Shown piece after piece: positions 22,474-32,000 of a stretch of 32,000 nucleotides of DNA. Where the stretch lies: positions 1,500,001-1,532,000 of the forward strand of contig NZ_LT906458.1 in NCBI RefSeq assembly GCF_900187275.1. The letters are read 5' to 3'. Position numbers and translations under genes: made by a program. Position 1 is the stretch's first letter, and each line of letters begins with the position of its first letter. The notes under the pieces are model-generated. The model saw only the letters and a program-made list of their open reading frames with translations, was not told the origin of the DNA and searched no databases. Source of the DNA: Pasteurella multocida. Lineage in GTDB: Bacteria; Pseudomonadota; Gammaproteobacteria; Enterobacterales; Pasteurellaceae.

Positions 22474-23196
22474 TTGAGGCAAGTTATCGAAAATTGGCAA
22501 CGGGGTTTTGTCTTACATCGCAAAGCCTATAGTGAAACAAGCTTATTAGTTGAGTTATTCACCGAAGAAACAGGGCGTCTAACTGTACTTGCCAAAGGTG
22601 CGCGAGCAAAACGTTCCGCATTAAAAGGCATCTTACAGCCTTTTACCCCTTTGCTATTGCGTTGGAGCGGGCGCAGTGAATTGAAAACATTGACGAAAGT
22701 AGAACCTGCTGCCATTGCATTACCGTTACAACAGACCGCACTTTATAGCGGATTCTATGTTAATGAATTGCTCTGTCGCGTCCTTGAACCCGAAACTGGT
22801 TATCCCCATCTGTTCCAAGACTATTTACGTTGCCTAACTGGCTTGGCAAGCGCTGAACATCTGATTGAGCCTAGTCTGCGTCACTTTGAATTTCAATTAT
22901 TACAAACTTTAGGCTACGGCGTCGATTTTTGCCATTGTGCTGGCTCAGGCGAGCTGGTTGATGAAAATATGACTTATCGTTATCGTGAAGAAAAAGGCTT
23001 TATTGCATCGCTCATTAAGGATAATTTAACTTTTTATGGTCGTGAATTACTGGCTTTTGACGCAAGACAATTTCACGACAGCGCCACTTTACAGGCGGCT
23101 AAACGTTTCACTCGCATCGCGCTTAAACAGTATTTAGGGAATAAGCCCTTAAAAAGCCGAGAATTATTTACTCAATATATGTTGTATCAAAAATAA
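22474..23196 (+). CDS. recO: DNA repair protein RecO, apparently TTG-initiated
   Basis: 240 aa; '[53 protein letters not shown]'; in-frame TAG at 22465-22467 and no ATG before the conserved core. Confidence 0.93.
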   Translation: MRQVIENWQRGFVLHRKAYSETSLLVELFTEETGRLTVLAKGARAKRSALKGILQPFTPLLLRWSGRSELKTLTKVEPAAIALPLQQTALYSGFYVNELLCRVLEPETGYPHLFQDYLRCLTGLASAEHLIEPSLRHFEFQLLQTLGYGVDFCHCAGSGELVDENMTYRYREEKGFIASLIKDNLTFYGRELLAFDARQFHDSATLQAAKRFTRIALKQYLGNKPLKSRELFTQYMLYQK

Positions 23197-23199
23197 ACT

Positions 23200-24513
23200 A
23201 TGGTATTACACTATACCCCTCATCAATCCACCCCACGTAACACAACATTCGTTGCGGAAATTCTTGATCTTGATTATCAAGGACGTGGTGTAGCCAAAGT
23301 ACAAGGCAAAACGTGGTTCATTGAAAATGCACTGCCACAAGAAAAAGTGGAAGTGCGCATTGTCGATGAAAAACGCCATTATGGTCATGGAATCAGCTGC
23401 AAAATTCTCACTCCACATCCAGAACGCCAGTCAGCAAAATGTGCTTACTATGCCCAGTGCGGTGGTTGCCAAAGTCAACATATTCCAATTGACATGCAAC
23501 GTCAGGCTAAACAACAAGCCTTATTCCAACACTTACAACAATTACAACCTCAAGCGACCTTCATGCCCATGATCGTCGCAGCGCCTTGGCATTATCGCCG
23601 TCGTGTGCGTTTAAGCGTGCGGTTTCATCCCAAAAGCAAACAACTTGCGATGGGTTTGCGTCAGAGAAATACTCAACAAATCGTGAATCTGCAGCATTGT
23701 GATGTGCTTGAAATCCCCTTAAGTCAACTCTTACCTAAATTACATTTGTTGTTTTCAACATGGTCCCTGCCTAAAAACTTAGGGCATGTGGAGTTAGTGC
23801 ATGCGGATAATGGAATTGCGATGTTATTACGCCATACAGGAAATTTAGCGCAAACTGACCGCACTTTATTAACCAATTTTGCGCAACAAGAAAACTTAAT
23901 GTTGTTTGTACAAGATGATCAACAGATCACCCAACTACATGGCGAGGCACCTTACTACATACTACGCGATGGCACCAAATTACAGTTTGATATCCGTGAC
24001 TTTATCCAAGTGAATGCTGTTGTAAATCAGAAAATGATTGATACCACTCTTGAGTGGTTGGAACTCACATCGAACGATAACGTATTAGATTTGTTTTGTG
24101 GTATGGGAAACTTCACCCTCCCAATCAGTCGTCAGGTCAATCAGGTTGTGGGCATTGAAGGCGTAGGAGAAATGGTGGAGAAAGCAAAACGAAATGCGGA
24201 ACAAAATCAATGTGATAATGTCCAATTCTATCAGGCGAATTTAGATCAACCTTTTGTGCAACAACATTGGGCGAGCCAACATTTTAATAAAATTTTACTG
24301 GACCCTCCACGTACAGGCGCGGCATTTGCCTTACATGCCTTATGTGAATTGGGCGCAGAAAAAATCTTATATGTTTCCTGCAATCCTGCTACATTAGTAC
24401 GTGATACAGCGATTTTATTACAATTTAACTACCGACTTAAAAAAGTCGCAATGATCGATATGTTCCCCAATACAGGACATTTAGAATCCATCAGTTTATT
24501 TGAAAAAGAATAG
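23200..24513 (+). CDS. rlmD: 23S rRNA (uracil(1939)-C(5))-methyltransferase RlmD
   Basis: 437 aa; TRAM-like N-terminus, Fe-S cysteines 'CAYYAQCGGCQSQH', 'VLDLFCGMGNFTLP', 'DPPRTGA', 'ILYVSCNPATLVRD'. Confidence 0.96.
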   Translation: MVLHYTPHQSTPRNTTFVAEILDLDYQGRGVAKVQGKTWFIENALPQEKVEVRIVDEKRHYGHGISCKILTPHPERQSAKCAYYAQCGGCQSQHIPIDMQRQAKQQALFQHLQQLQPQATFMPMIVAAPWHYRRRVRLSVRFHPKSKQLAMGLRQRNTQQIVNLQHCDVLEIPLSQLLPKLHLLFSTWSLPKNLGHVELVHADNGIAMLLRHTGNLAQTDRTLLTNFAQQENLMLFVQDDQQITQLHGEAPYYILRDGTKLQFDIRDFIQVNAVVNQKMIDTTLEWLELTSNDNVLDLFCGMGNFTLPISRQVNQVVGIEGVGEMVEKAKRNAEQNQCDNVQFYQANLDQPFVQQHWASQHFNKILLDPPRTGAAFALHALCELGAEKILYVSCNPATLVRDTAILLQFNYRLKKVAMIDMFPNTGHLESISLFEKE

Positions 24514-24521
24514 GATAGATT

Positions 24522-26741
24522 ATGGTTGCAGTGCGAGGATCACACTTACTCAATCCAAAAGATTTTGTTATTGAAACCTGGTGTGCCAGTTTAGAGGTTT
24601 CACCAGAAGTACGAGAAAATCTGGTCAACGCTTGGTATTACTCGCAAAAGTACATACCGCAACACCACGACGCCTCTTCTTGCTCATTGCACTCTGGCGT
24701 AGAAATGGTCGAAATTCTACACAGTCTGAATATGGATGCAGATAGCTTACTCACGGCAATGCTCTATCCGACGATTCATCACAAGCTTGTCGAACTCAGC
24801 CAAATTAACGAAGATTTTGGGGCAAATATCTATAAATTGGCAAAAGGCGTGATGGAAATGGATAATATTCGCCAATTAAATGCCAGCCAATCCGCCAATA
24901 ACGCACAAGTGGATAATATCCGCCGCATGTTACTCGCGATGGTAGATGATTTCCGTTGTGTGATTATCAAACTGGCAGAACGCATTACTTTTTTAAGGGA
25001 TGCCGAACAAACCTGCTCTGAAGAAGATAAAGTCCTAGCCGCCAAAGAATGTGCCAATATTTATGCCCCACTGGCAAATCGTTTAGGTATCGGGCAACTA
25101 AAATGGGAGTTAGAAGATTACTGTTTCCGTTATCTCCACCCTGAGCAATATCGTAGCATTGCCAACTTATTGAAAGAAAGACGCCTTGATCGAGAACAAT
25201 ACATTGCAGATTTTGTCTCCGAAGTAAGCGACTATTTACGCCATAACATTGATAAAGTGGAAGTGTATGGTCGTCCGAAACACATCTATAGCATTTGGCG
25301 CAAAATGCAGAAAAAACATCTTGAATTTAGCGATCTCTACGATGTTCGTGCAGTGCGAATTATCGTCCCTAAATTGCAAGATTGTTATACCGCACTTGGC
25401 ATTGTGCATACCCACTTCAAACATATTCCGAAAGAATTTGATGATTACGTGGCGAACCCGAAACCTAATGGTTACCAATCTATCCATACTGTTGTCCTCG
25501 GCAAAGGCGGTAAACCGGTGGAAGTGCAAATTCGCACTCAACAAATGCATGATGATGCCGAGCTTGGGGTAGCCGCCCACTGGAAATATAAAGAAGGCGC
25601 GACTGGCGGTCGTTCTGGCTATGAAGAAAAAATCACCTGGTTACGCAAATTGCTTGCTTGGCAAGATGATATTACGGACTCGGGCGAAATTATGGCAGAA
25701 ATGCGTAGCCAGGTCTTTGACGATCGCGTTTATGTGTTTACCCCCAAAGGTGAGGTTATCGATTTACCGACAGGTTCCACCCCATTAGATTTTGCCTATG
25801 CTATTCATAGTGAAATTGGTCATCGCTGTATTGGTGCCAAAGTCAGTGGTCGTATTGTTCCGTTCACCTATCAGCTACAAATGGGTGATCAAATTGACAT
25901 CATTACACAGAAAAATGCCAACCCAAGTCGCGACTGGTTAAATCCTAACTTAGGCTTTACACATACCGCCAAAGCACGGGCTAAAATCCATGCTTGGTTT
26001 AAAAAACAAGATCGTGAGAAAAATATTCCGGCAGGTAAAGAAATGCTGGAAAATGAACTTACACGCTTAAACATCGGCTTAAAACAAATCGAACCACACG
26101 CCTTAGCGCGTTACAACCTAAAAAATTTAGAGGATTTATACGCGGGTATCGGTGGCGGTGATATTCGCCTCAATCACCTCATCAACTTCTTACAAAACAA
26201 GTTAATTAAAACGACGGCTCAAGAAGTTGATGAAGAAATCTTACGTCATGTGGCAAATAAAAGTGCAGCGAATAATCAACAAAAAGAAAAGCCTCGGGGT
26301 TATGTGATCGTAGAAGGTGTCGGGAATTTAATGCATCACATTGCCCGTTGTTGTCAACCAATTCCGGGCGATCATATTATGGGTTATATCACAATGGGAC
26401 GGGGGATTTCCATTCACCGCAGTGATTGCGAACAATTCCTCGAACTACAACAAGCTCATCCCGAACGAGTGGTAGAGTCCATTTGGGGTGATAACTATGC
26501 CAGTGGATTTAAAATCAGTATCCGTATTATCGCCAGTGATCGCAGTGGCTTATTACGTGATATCACGACGGTTTTAGCCAACGATAAAATTAGTGTCTTA
26601 GGTGTATCGAGTCGTACTGATACTAAAAAACAATTAGCGACAATTGATATGGAAATTGAGCTGAATAATGTTCAAATTTTGAGTAAAATTCTAGCTCGTC
26701 TTTCAAAACTCGACGATGTCATTGAAGCAAAACGACTGTAA
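24522..26741 (+). CDS. relA: GTP pyrophosphokinase RelA
   Basis: 739 aa; 'MVAVRGSHL', degenerate HD region, synthetase 'YDVRAVRIIVPKLQDCYTALGIVH', TGS 'VYVFTPKGEVIDLPTGSTPLDFAYAIH', C-terminal ACT domain. Confidence 0.97.
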   Translation: MVAVRGSHLLNPKDFVIETWCASLEVSPEVRENLVNAWYYSQKYIPQHHDASSCSLHSGVEMVEILHSLNMDADSLLTAMLYPTIHHKLVELSQINEDFGANIYKLAKGVMEMDNIRQLNASQSANNAQVDNIRRMLLAMVDDFRCVIIKLAERITFLRDAEQTCSEEDKVLAAKECANIYAPLANRLGIGQLKWELEDYCFRYLHPEQYRSIANLLKERRLDREQYIADFVSEVSDYLRHNIDKVEVYGRPKHIYSIWRKMQKKHLEFSDLYDVRAVRIIVPKLQDCYTALGIVHTHFKHIPKEFDDYVANPKPNGYQSIHTVVLGKGGKPVEVQIRTQQMHDDAELGVAAHWKYKEGATGGRSGYEEKITWLRKLLAWQDDITDSGEIMAEMRSQVFDDRVYVFTPKGEVIDLPTGSTPLDFAYAIHSEIGHRCIGAKVSGRIVPFTYQLQMGDQIDIITQKNANPSRDWLNPNLGFTHTAKARAKIHAWFKKQDREKNIPAGKEMLENELTRLNIGLKQIEPHALARYNLKNLEDLYAGIGGGDIRLNHLINFLQNKLIKTTAQEVDEEILRHVANKSAANNQQKEKPRGYVIVEGVGNLMHHIARCCQPIPGDHIMGYITMGRGISIHRSDCEQFLELQQAHPERVVESIWGDNYASGFKISIRIIASDRSGLLRDITTVLANDKISVLGVSSRTDTKKQLATIDMEIELNNVQILSKILARLSKLDDVIEAKRL

Positions 26742-26764
26742 TTCAGCCATTAAGGATAATAAAA

Positions 26765-27121
26765 ATGTATAAAACAACAGGACTTACTCATCTGATTAAA
26801 GCCACTGGTTATTCACTCAAAGGATTAAAAAGTGCGGTTAAATTTGAAACTGCGTTTCGCCATGAACTGCTCGCCGCCCTTTTTTTGGTGCCTTTAGCCT
26901 TTTGGCTCGGTGAAAATGGGATTGAAATTGCCTTAATGCTTGGCTCTCTTTTGTTAGTTCTTGCCTTTGAACTGATTAATAGTGCGATTGAAGCGGTCGT
27001 TGATCGCATCAGCTTGGACCATCATGAACTCTCTGGGCGCGCTAAAGATTTCGGCTCCGCTTCCGTTTTTATTGCCATGGTCAATGTGGTTGTTGTGTGG
27101 GCACTGGTGCTCTTTTATTGA
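26765..27121 (+). CDS. dgkA: Diacylglycerol kinase
   Basis: 118 aa; 'ATGYSLKGLKSAVKFETAFRHEL', 'FELINSAIEAVVDRISLDHHELSGRAKDFGSASV'. Confidence 0.96.
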   Translation: MYKTTGLTHLIKATGYSLKGLKSAVKFETAFRHELLAALFLVPLAFWLGENGIEIALMLGSLLLVLAFELINSAIEAVVDRISLDHHELSGRAKDFGSASVFIAMVNVVVVWALVLFY

Positions 27122-27142
27122 GCAGACAAATCATATTATGTG

Positions 27143-28405
27143 TTATTCCTTTTCACTGTGTTTTAAACAGCCATAGAAAATAAAAACCGATAAGAAATAA
27201 AAAATATTACCGGAATTATGGTTTAAAAAGGCTTGAGTTAAGGAATAGCACATCACTGAAATAATATGAAGCATACCTAATGTTGCCACTAATTTTTCCT
27301 CACTCTTTATGGCATGTCGTTTTCGATAAAAATAACAAAATGGCACACTAAAAATCGCCAGTAATGCAACTAACCCTACAAGACCATATTTTGACAGGTT
27401 ATCCAAATATTGATTATGTGCATGGGTAAAATTGGCGGCATATTCACTTATCACCCCTTCTTGTTGCTGCACTTGACGTTTCTCCATCGCTCCCGCATTT
27501 CCCCAACCTAATAGTGGTTTTTCTTTTGCCATAAGCAATGCACTTTTCCATAACGCAAAACGCGCGCCAATCGAGGTCGATTGTTCTGCTTGTGCGTCAA
27601 AATATTGTTGTGTTTCGGTGTATGCTTCTGTCACACGAGAAATCAACTTTGTTTTAGGGGCGAATGCAACAGCTGCCAACAGAAACACAAAAAACAAACT
27701 CACAAAAAAGAGAATTTTTTTCGATAAATACTGACGATAAGCAAACAACGCAAAACATAACAGCAGCGGTAAGCCAATCCAGCCACCCCGAGCCGTCGAT
27801 AACACACTACCAAGTATCCCGAATAACGTCGCAATAATCGCCCACAACATCTGACGATATTGCTGTCGACTAAACGAATGCAAACCAATCACAAACGAAA
27901 ACAGACCTAAAGACATGGCAATATCGCCCGCTTGAATCTGTAACATACGCGGTGAATACGCCGCATAAACATTTAAGATAAAGCGATCATAAATCGCCAC
28001 ACCGCCTGCAATTATCGCACCGAATAAAATTCCCTTAAGTAGCCAATTGATATGAGGTCGATAACGTTCAAATAAATATAACAATGGGATAAACAGGCAC
28101 AACTTAGCAATATGTTCGAGTTCCCTTAGCTTTTCAGCATGCCAAAAGAAAGACAATAAAAACGTTGCGCTATAAAAAAGAAGACATAACATCCAGATTT
28201 TTTCTGCACGAGGCAATGAGTCAAGCTCTTCCCTGTTAAGCAGACGAGAAATCAGGTAAATGAGTGCGATGCCACATAACCCGACAGAGGCAATATTATG
28301 CCCACCTTTTACAAGAAAAAGCGTGGGAAAGAAGATAAAAATAATAAAATTTATACTCAATACGTATAAAGAAGATTTTTTTAAGCTTTGCATAATATCT
28401 AACAA
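27143..28405 (-). CDS. O-antigen ligase/polymerase family (Wzy_C, WaaL-like) membrane protein
   Basis: 420 aa, 10 or more TM segments; 'SARGGWIGLPLLLCFA' and 'LLGWGNAGAMEKRQVQQQEG...FTHAHNQYLDNLSKYGLVGL' typical of the ligase periplasmic loop. Confidence 0.85.
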   Translation of the reverse strand: MLDIMQSLKKSSLYVLSINFIIFIFFPTLFLVKGGHNIASVGLCGIALIYLISRLLNREELDSLPRAEKIWMLCLLFYSATFLLSFFWHAEKLRELEHIAKLCLFIPLLYLFERYRPHINWLLKGILFGAIIAGGVAIYDRFILNVYAAYSPRMLQIQAGDIAMSLGLFSFVIGLHSFSRQQYRQMLWAIIATLFGILGSVLSTARGGWIGLPLLLCFALFAYRQYLSKKILFFVSLFFVFLLAAVAFAPKTKLISRVTEAYTETQQYFDAQAEQSTSIGARFALWKSALLMAKEKPLLGWGNAGAMEKRQVQQQEGVISEYAANFTHAHNQYLDNLSKYGLVGLVALLAIFSVPFCYFYRKRHAIKSEEKLVATLGMLHIISVMCYSLTQAFLNHNSGNIFYFLSVFIFYGCLKHSEKE

Positions 28406-28420
28406 CTTAATAAAGAAACA

Positions 28421-28446
28421 AAAAAAAACCGCACATCAACGTGCGG
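28421..28446 (-). terminator. Rho-independent terminator after fbaA
   Basis: Minus strand CCGCAC-gttgat-GTGCGG followed by an 8-nt T run. Confidence 0.88.
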
Positions 28447-28471
28447 CTTCATTGTAACTGAATTGAGTTGC

Positions 28472-29551
28472 TTATAGAACATCAATACAATTCAAATCTT
28501 CGAAAGATTGTTCTAAACGTTTAGACATGGATTCTTCCATTTTACGTAACCAAACACGTGGATCATAGTATTTTTTGTTTGGTGCATCAGGACCTTCTGG
28601 GTTACCTAATTGACCTTGAAGATAATCTTGATTTGCGTTGTAGAATTTCAAAATCCCTTCCCAAGATGCCCATTGTGTGTCGGTATCGATATTCATTTTG
28701 ATCGCACCGTAACTGATCGCTTCGCGGATCTCTTCACGGCTTGAGCCTGAGCCACCATGGAAGACAAAGTCGATTGATTTCGCTGGCAAACCACGTTCTT
28801 TAGAAACAAATTCTTGTGATGCACCTAAGATAGACGGTTTTAATTTCACATTACCCGGCTTATAAACACCATGTACGTTACCGAATGCCGCAGCGACTGT
28901 GAAACGCGGGCTCACTGGGTTTAATTGATCATAAACATAAAGTACATCTTCTGGTTGCGTATAAAGTTTAGATTCTTCTACATCAGAGTTATCAACTCCA
29001 TCTTCTTCACCACCCGTGATACCGATTTCGATTTCTAACGTCATCCCCATTTTGTCCATACGCGCGAGGTATTCACGGCAAATAGCCATGTTTTCTTCCA
29101 TAGGTTCTTCAGAAAGATCAATCATGTGAGAAGAGAATAATGGTTTGCCTGTTTCAGCAAAATGTTTTTCACCCGCCTCTAATAAACCGTCAATCCATGG
29201 AAGAAGTTTTTTCGCTGCATGGTCAGTATGTAAAATCACCGGTACACCATATTCTTCTGCCAACGCGTGAACATGTTTTGCCCCTGCAATGGCACCCAGT
29301 ACATCAGTACGTGCACCACTTGCTGGTTTTAAGCCTTTACCAGCATAAAATTGTGCACCACCATTTGAGAATTGAATAATCACAGGTGCTTTGACACGTG
29401 CTGCGGTTTCTAATACGGCATTTACAGAGTCTGAACCCACACAGTTTACCGCTGGAATCGCAAAATTGTTTGCTTTTGCATATGCAAATACTTTCTGAAC
29501 ATCATCACCAGTAACAACGCCGGGTTTTACAATATCTAATAATTTAGCCAT
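28472..29551 (-). CDS. fbaA: Class II fructose-bisphosphate aldolase
   Basis: 359 aa; 'MAKLLDIVKPGVVTGDDVQKVF', 'VPVILHTDHAAKKLLPWIDG', 'FVFHGGSGSSREEI'. Confidence 0.97.
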   Translation of the reverse strand: MAKLLDIVKPGVVTGDDVQKVFAYAKANNFAIPAVNCVGSDSVNAVLETAARVKAPVIIQFSNGGAQFYAGKGLKPASGARTDVLGAIAGAKHVHALAEEYGVPVILHTDHAAKKLLPWIDGLLEAGEKHFAETGKPLFSSHMIDLSEEPMEENMAICREYLARMDKMGMTLEIEIGITGGEEDGVDNSDVEESKLYTQPEDVLYVYDQLNPVSPRFTVAAAFGNVHGVYKPGNVKLKPSILGASQEFVSKERGLPAKSIDFVFHGGSGSSREEIREAISYGAIKMNIDTDTQWASWEGILKFYNANQDYLQGQLGNPEGPDAPNKKYYDPRVWLRKMEESMSKRLEQSFEDLNCIDVL

Positions 29552-29664
29552 TTTCTGCTTCCTTTATTTATTTGATTAGAGTGAAATTTCGTTTCTTGAT
29601 AAGCCTAATGCTTATTCTCATTCAAAATAGAGAGGGGCGACTACACAAGCCTGCCCCCACCCAA

Positions 29665-30828
29665 TTAACCATTTGCACGTTTTTCTAAGATTTCTACTGC
29701 TGGTAATACTTTACCTTCAACGAATTCTAAGAACGCACCACCACCTGTTGAAATATAAGAAATTTTATCTTTGATACCGAATAGGTCAATCGCCGCTAAT
29801 GTGTCACCACCACCTGCAATTGAGAAACCTTCGCTATTAGCAATTGCGTGAGAAATGATTTCAGTCCCTTTACGGAAATTCGGGAACTCAAACACGCCCA
29901 CTGGACCATTCCAAAGAATCGTTTTCGCATTTTTGATAATTTCCGCGAGTTGTTCTGCTGATTTATCACCAATATCAAAAATGGATTCATCATCTTTCAC
30001 TTCATTGACGGCTTTTTCTGTTGCTGCTGCAGTTTCAGAGAATTCTAACCCTACGCGCACATCAACGGGTACAGGAATATCTGTGCTTGCCGCTAAGTTT
30101 TTCGCCACTGGAATTAAATCTTCTTCATATAAGGATTTACCGACGTTATGACCTGCTGCAGCAATGAAGGTATTGGCGATACCCCCGCCCACAATAATTT
30201 GGTCCGCAATTTTAGATAAGGAATTTAACACTTCTAATTTGGTTGAGACTTTCGACCCCCCTACAATCGCCACCATTGGACGCGCAGGTTCTTTTAAGGC
30301 TTTACCTAAAGCATCTAATTCAGCCGCTAATAATGGACCCGCACAAGCCACTGGCGCATATTCAGCCACACCGTAAGTCGAGGCTTGCGCACGGTGTGCA
30401 GTACCAAAGGCATCCATCACAAAGACATCGCAAAGTGCGGCATATTTTTTGCCTAATTCAGGATCGTTTTTCTTCTCACCTTTGTTAATGCGCACGTTTT
30501 CTAATACCACGATTTCGCCTTGGTTAACGTCCACACCGTCTAAATAATCGCGTACTAAACGAACAGGCACATCTAAATTTGCATTTAAGTAATCAACTAC
30601 AGGTTTCAGTGAGTTTGCTTCATCAAATTCGCCTTCTGTTGGGCGACCTAAGTGTGAAGTCACCATCACTTTTGCGCCTTTTTCAAGCGCAAGTTTCAAG
30701 GTAGGGATGGTCGCACGGATACGTGCATCAGAAGTCACTTTGCCATCTTTGACTGGCACATTTAAATCAGCACGAATAAACACACGTTTGCCGCTCAAAT
30801 CCAAGTCTGTCATTTTGATTACTGACAT
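29665..30828 (-). CDS. pgk: Phosphoglycerate kinase
   Basis: 387 aa; '[19 protein letters not shown]', '[12 protein letters not shown]', '[16 protein letters not shown]', '[12 protein letters not shown]'. Confidence 0.98.
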   Translation of the reverse strand: MSVIKMTDLDLSGKRVFIRADLNVPVKDGKVTSDARIRATIPTLKLALEKGAKVMVTSHLGRPTEGEFDEANSLKPVVDYLNANLDVPVRLVRDYLDGVDVNQGEIVVLENVRINKGEKKNDPELGKKYAALCDVFVMDAFGTAHRAQASTYGVAEYAPVACAGPLLAAELDALGKALKEPARPMVAIVGGSKVSTKLEVLNSLSKIADQIIVGGGIANTFIAAAGHNVGKSLYEEDLIPVAKNLAASTDIPVPVDVRVGLEFSETAAATEKAVNEVKDDESIFDIGDKSAEQLAEIIKNAKTILWNGPVGVFEFPNFRKGTEIISHAIANSEGFSIAGGGDTLAAIDLFGIKDKISYISTGGGAFLEFVEGKVLPAVEILEKRANG

Positions 30829-30875
30829 ATTTTATCCTCTTACTGGTTAAATTAAAAAATGAGAAAACTAAACGC

Positions 30876-30881
30876 ATTATA
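30876..30881 (-). promoter_or_regulatory. Candidate -10 element (TATAAT on the minus strand) for pgk-fbaA
   Basis: Perfect TATAAT about 48 nt upstream of the pgk start; the -35 is weak. Confidence 0.45.
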
Positions 30882-30944
30882 CCCCTTTCTAACTAGGCTG
30901 TACTGCGTTAGATCAAATAATTTTTATTATTTAATAAATAAAAA

Positions 30945-31640
30945 TTAATATCCTGTACGACTTCTTGGACAATCGATCACCTGCCATTTTAAGTCATAAC
31001 AAATAAAGAGTTCATTACGACTTGCCCCTAAATATGCCTCTTTTAGGTGCTTATTATTTTTACGCAACCACTGGAAAAGTTCATTCCGACTTAATTCATA
31101 ATTTGGTAATTTTAAGGTGCGATACAGTTCACGTTGTTTGTCAAAATACGCTTTTGCATCATCAAAAGCACAAGCACCGTGTTTTTCCCACTCACCTTGT
31201 AATAAACTGGCACTTGGCGATTCTGGTAAATATTGCTCAATGATCTCTTGCGGTACCATTGGTAAATCCCCTCGGCAAAAACGCGGTTGATCTGAGACGC
31301 GACGCGCACGCTCATTTTGAGGCCATAAACCATGAATCACCCAGCCAAATTGCTGAGTTAAACCACATTGATATTGCAATGAATTAGGTAAGTCATCACC
31401 ATAACGATTACGCTGCTTCTCACAAAATGCCGGCGACCAAGATAATACAAACGTATAATAATCCGTCGGCGCATTGGCGTTTTGACCGATCGGATCATTT
31501 TTCATAATATAGTCGTAATTACGATCCACGATAATTTCAACAGCTTGTTTTTGCTTAGAAAAGAAATACCAGCCTGACAACAAAAACATTAGAAAACAAA
31601 CCACAAAGATAGACAGCTGAAGTGTTTTTTTCTCGTTCAT
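30945..31640 (-). CDS. Ribonuclease T2 family (RNase I-like) with an N-terminal signal/anchor
   Basis: 231 aa; catalytic motifs 'FVLSWSPAFC', 'WVIHGLWPQ' and 'LQGEWEKHGACAF'; N-terminal hydrophobic segment 'LSIFVVCFLMFLLSGWYFF'. Confidence 0.93.
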   Translation of the reverse strand: MNEKKTLQLSIFVVCFLMFLLSGWYFFSKQKQAVEIIVDRNYDYIMKNDPIGQNANAPTDYYTFVLSWSPAFCEKQRNRYGDDLPNSLQYQCGLTQQFGWVIHGLWPQNERARRVSDQPRFCRGDLPMVPQEIIEQYLPESPSASLLQGEWEKHGACAFDDAKAYFDKQRELYRTLKLPNYELSRNELFQWLRKNNKHLKEAYLGASRNELFICYDLKWQVIDCPRSRTGY

Positions 31641-31678
31641 AAAATTCCTATTTCACTTTTGGAGCGGATTGATTATAA

Positions 31679-31978
<300 letters not shown>

Positions 31979-32000
31979 CCTGTATCGAGTGTAACAATTC

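Noticed and set aside
25236-25580. 114-aa minus-strand ORF and 107-aa plus-strand ORF inside relA
   Set aside because: Alternate frames of the relA synthetase domain, without RBS or family resemblance.
28260-28457. 65-aa plus-strand ORF between the ligase-like gene start and the fbaA terminator
   Set aside because: Antisense to the N-terminus of the membrane protein and runs through the fbaA terminator hairpin; not plausible as a gene.

Overview
This 32 kb window is a gene-dense chromosomal segment from a Pasteurellaceae-like genome, inferred from 12 exact copies of the AAGTGCGGT uptake-signal core and from H. influenzae/Pasteurella-like gene order. It is almost entirely housekeeping genes: copper chaperone, EamA/YdcZ-like transporter, yhhQ, cpxAR, bamE, yejK-yejL-yejM, a CodA-like amidohydrolase, yjjG-dusC-yjdF-djlA-pyrE-rph, yicC, ygfZ, brnQ, pyrG, eno, ruvX-yqgE-rsmE, recO-rlmD-relA-dgkA, an O-antigen-ligase-like membrane protein, fbaA, pgk, an RNase T2 family enzyme and a YfhL-type ferredoxin. 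I see no rRNA, tRNA, CRISPR array, transposase, prophage or defence island, and no convincing novel multi-gene system. The items most worth a second look are: (1) a preQ1-I riboswitch candidate overlapping the yhhQ ribosome-binding site; (2) a barrel-only CodA-like amidohydrolase with HVDQ in place of the CodA HCDE motif; (3) an 18-codon micro-ORF with a strong Shine-Dalgarno between brnQ and pyrG; (4) a structured 320-nt pyrG-eno intergenic region; (5) uptake sequences arranged as a terminator and as a long-loop inverted repeat; (6) an rph-pyrE junction too short to hold the E. coli-type attenuator.
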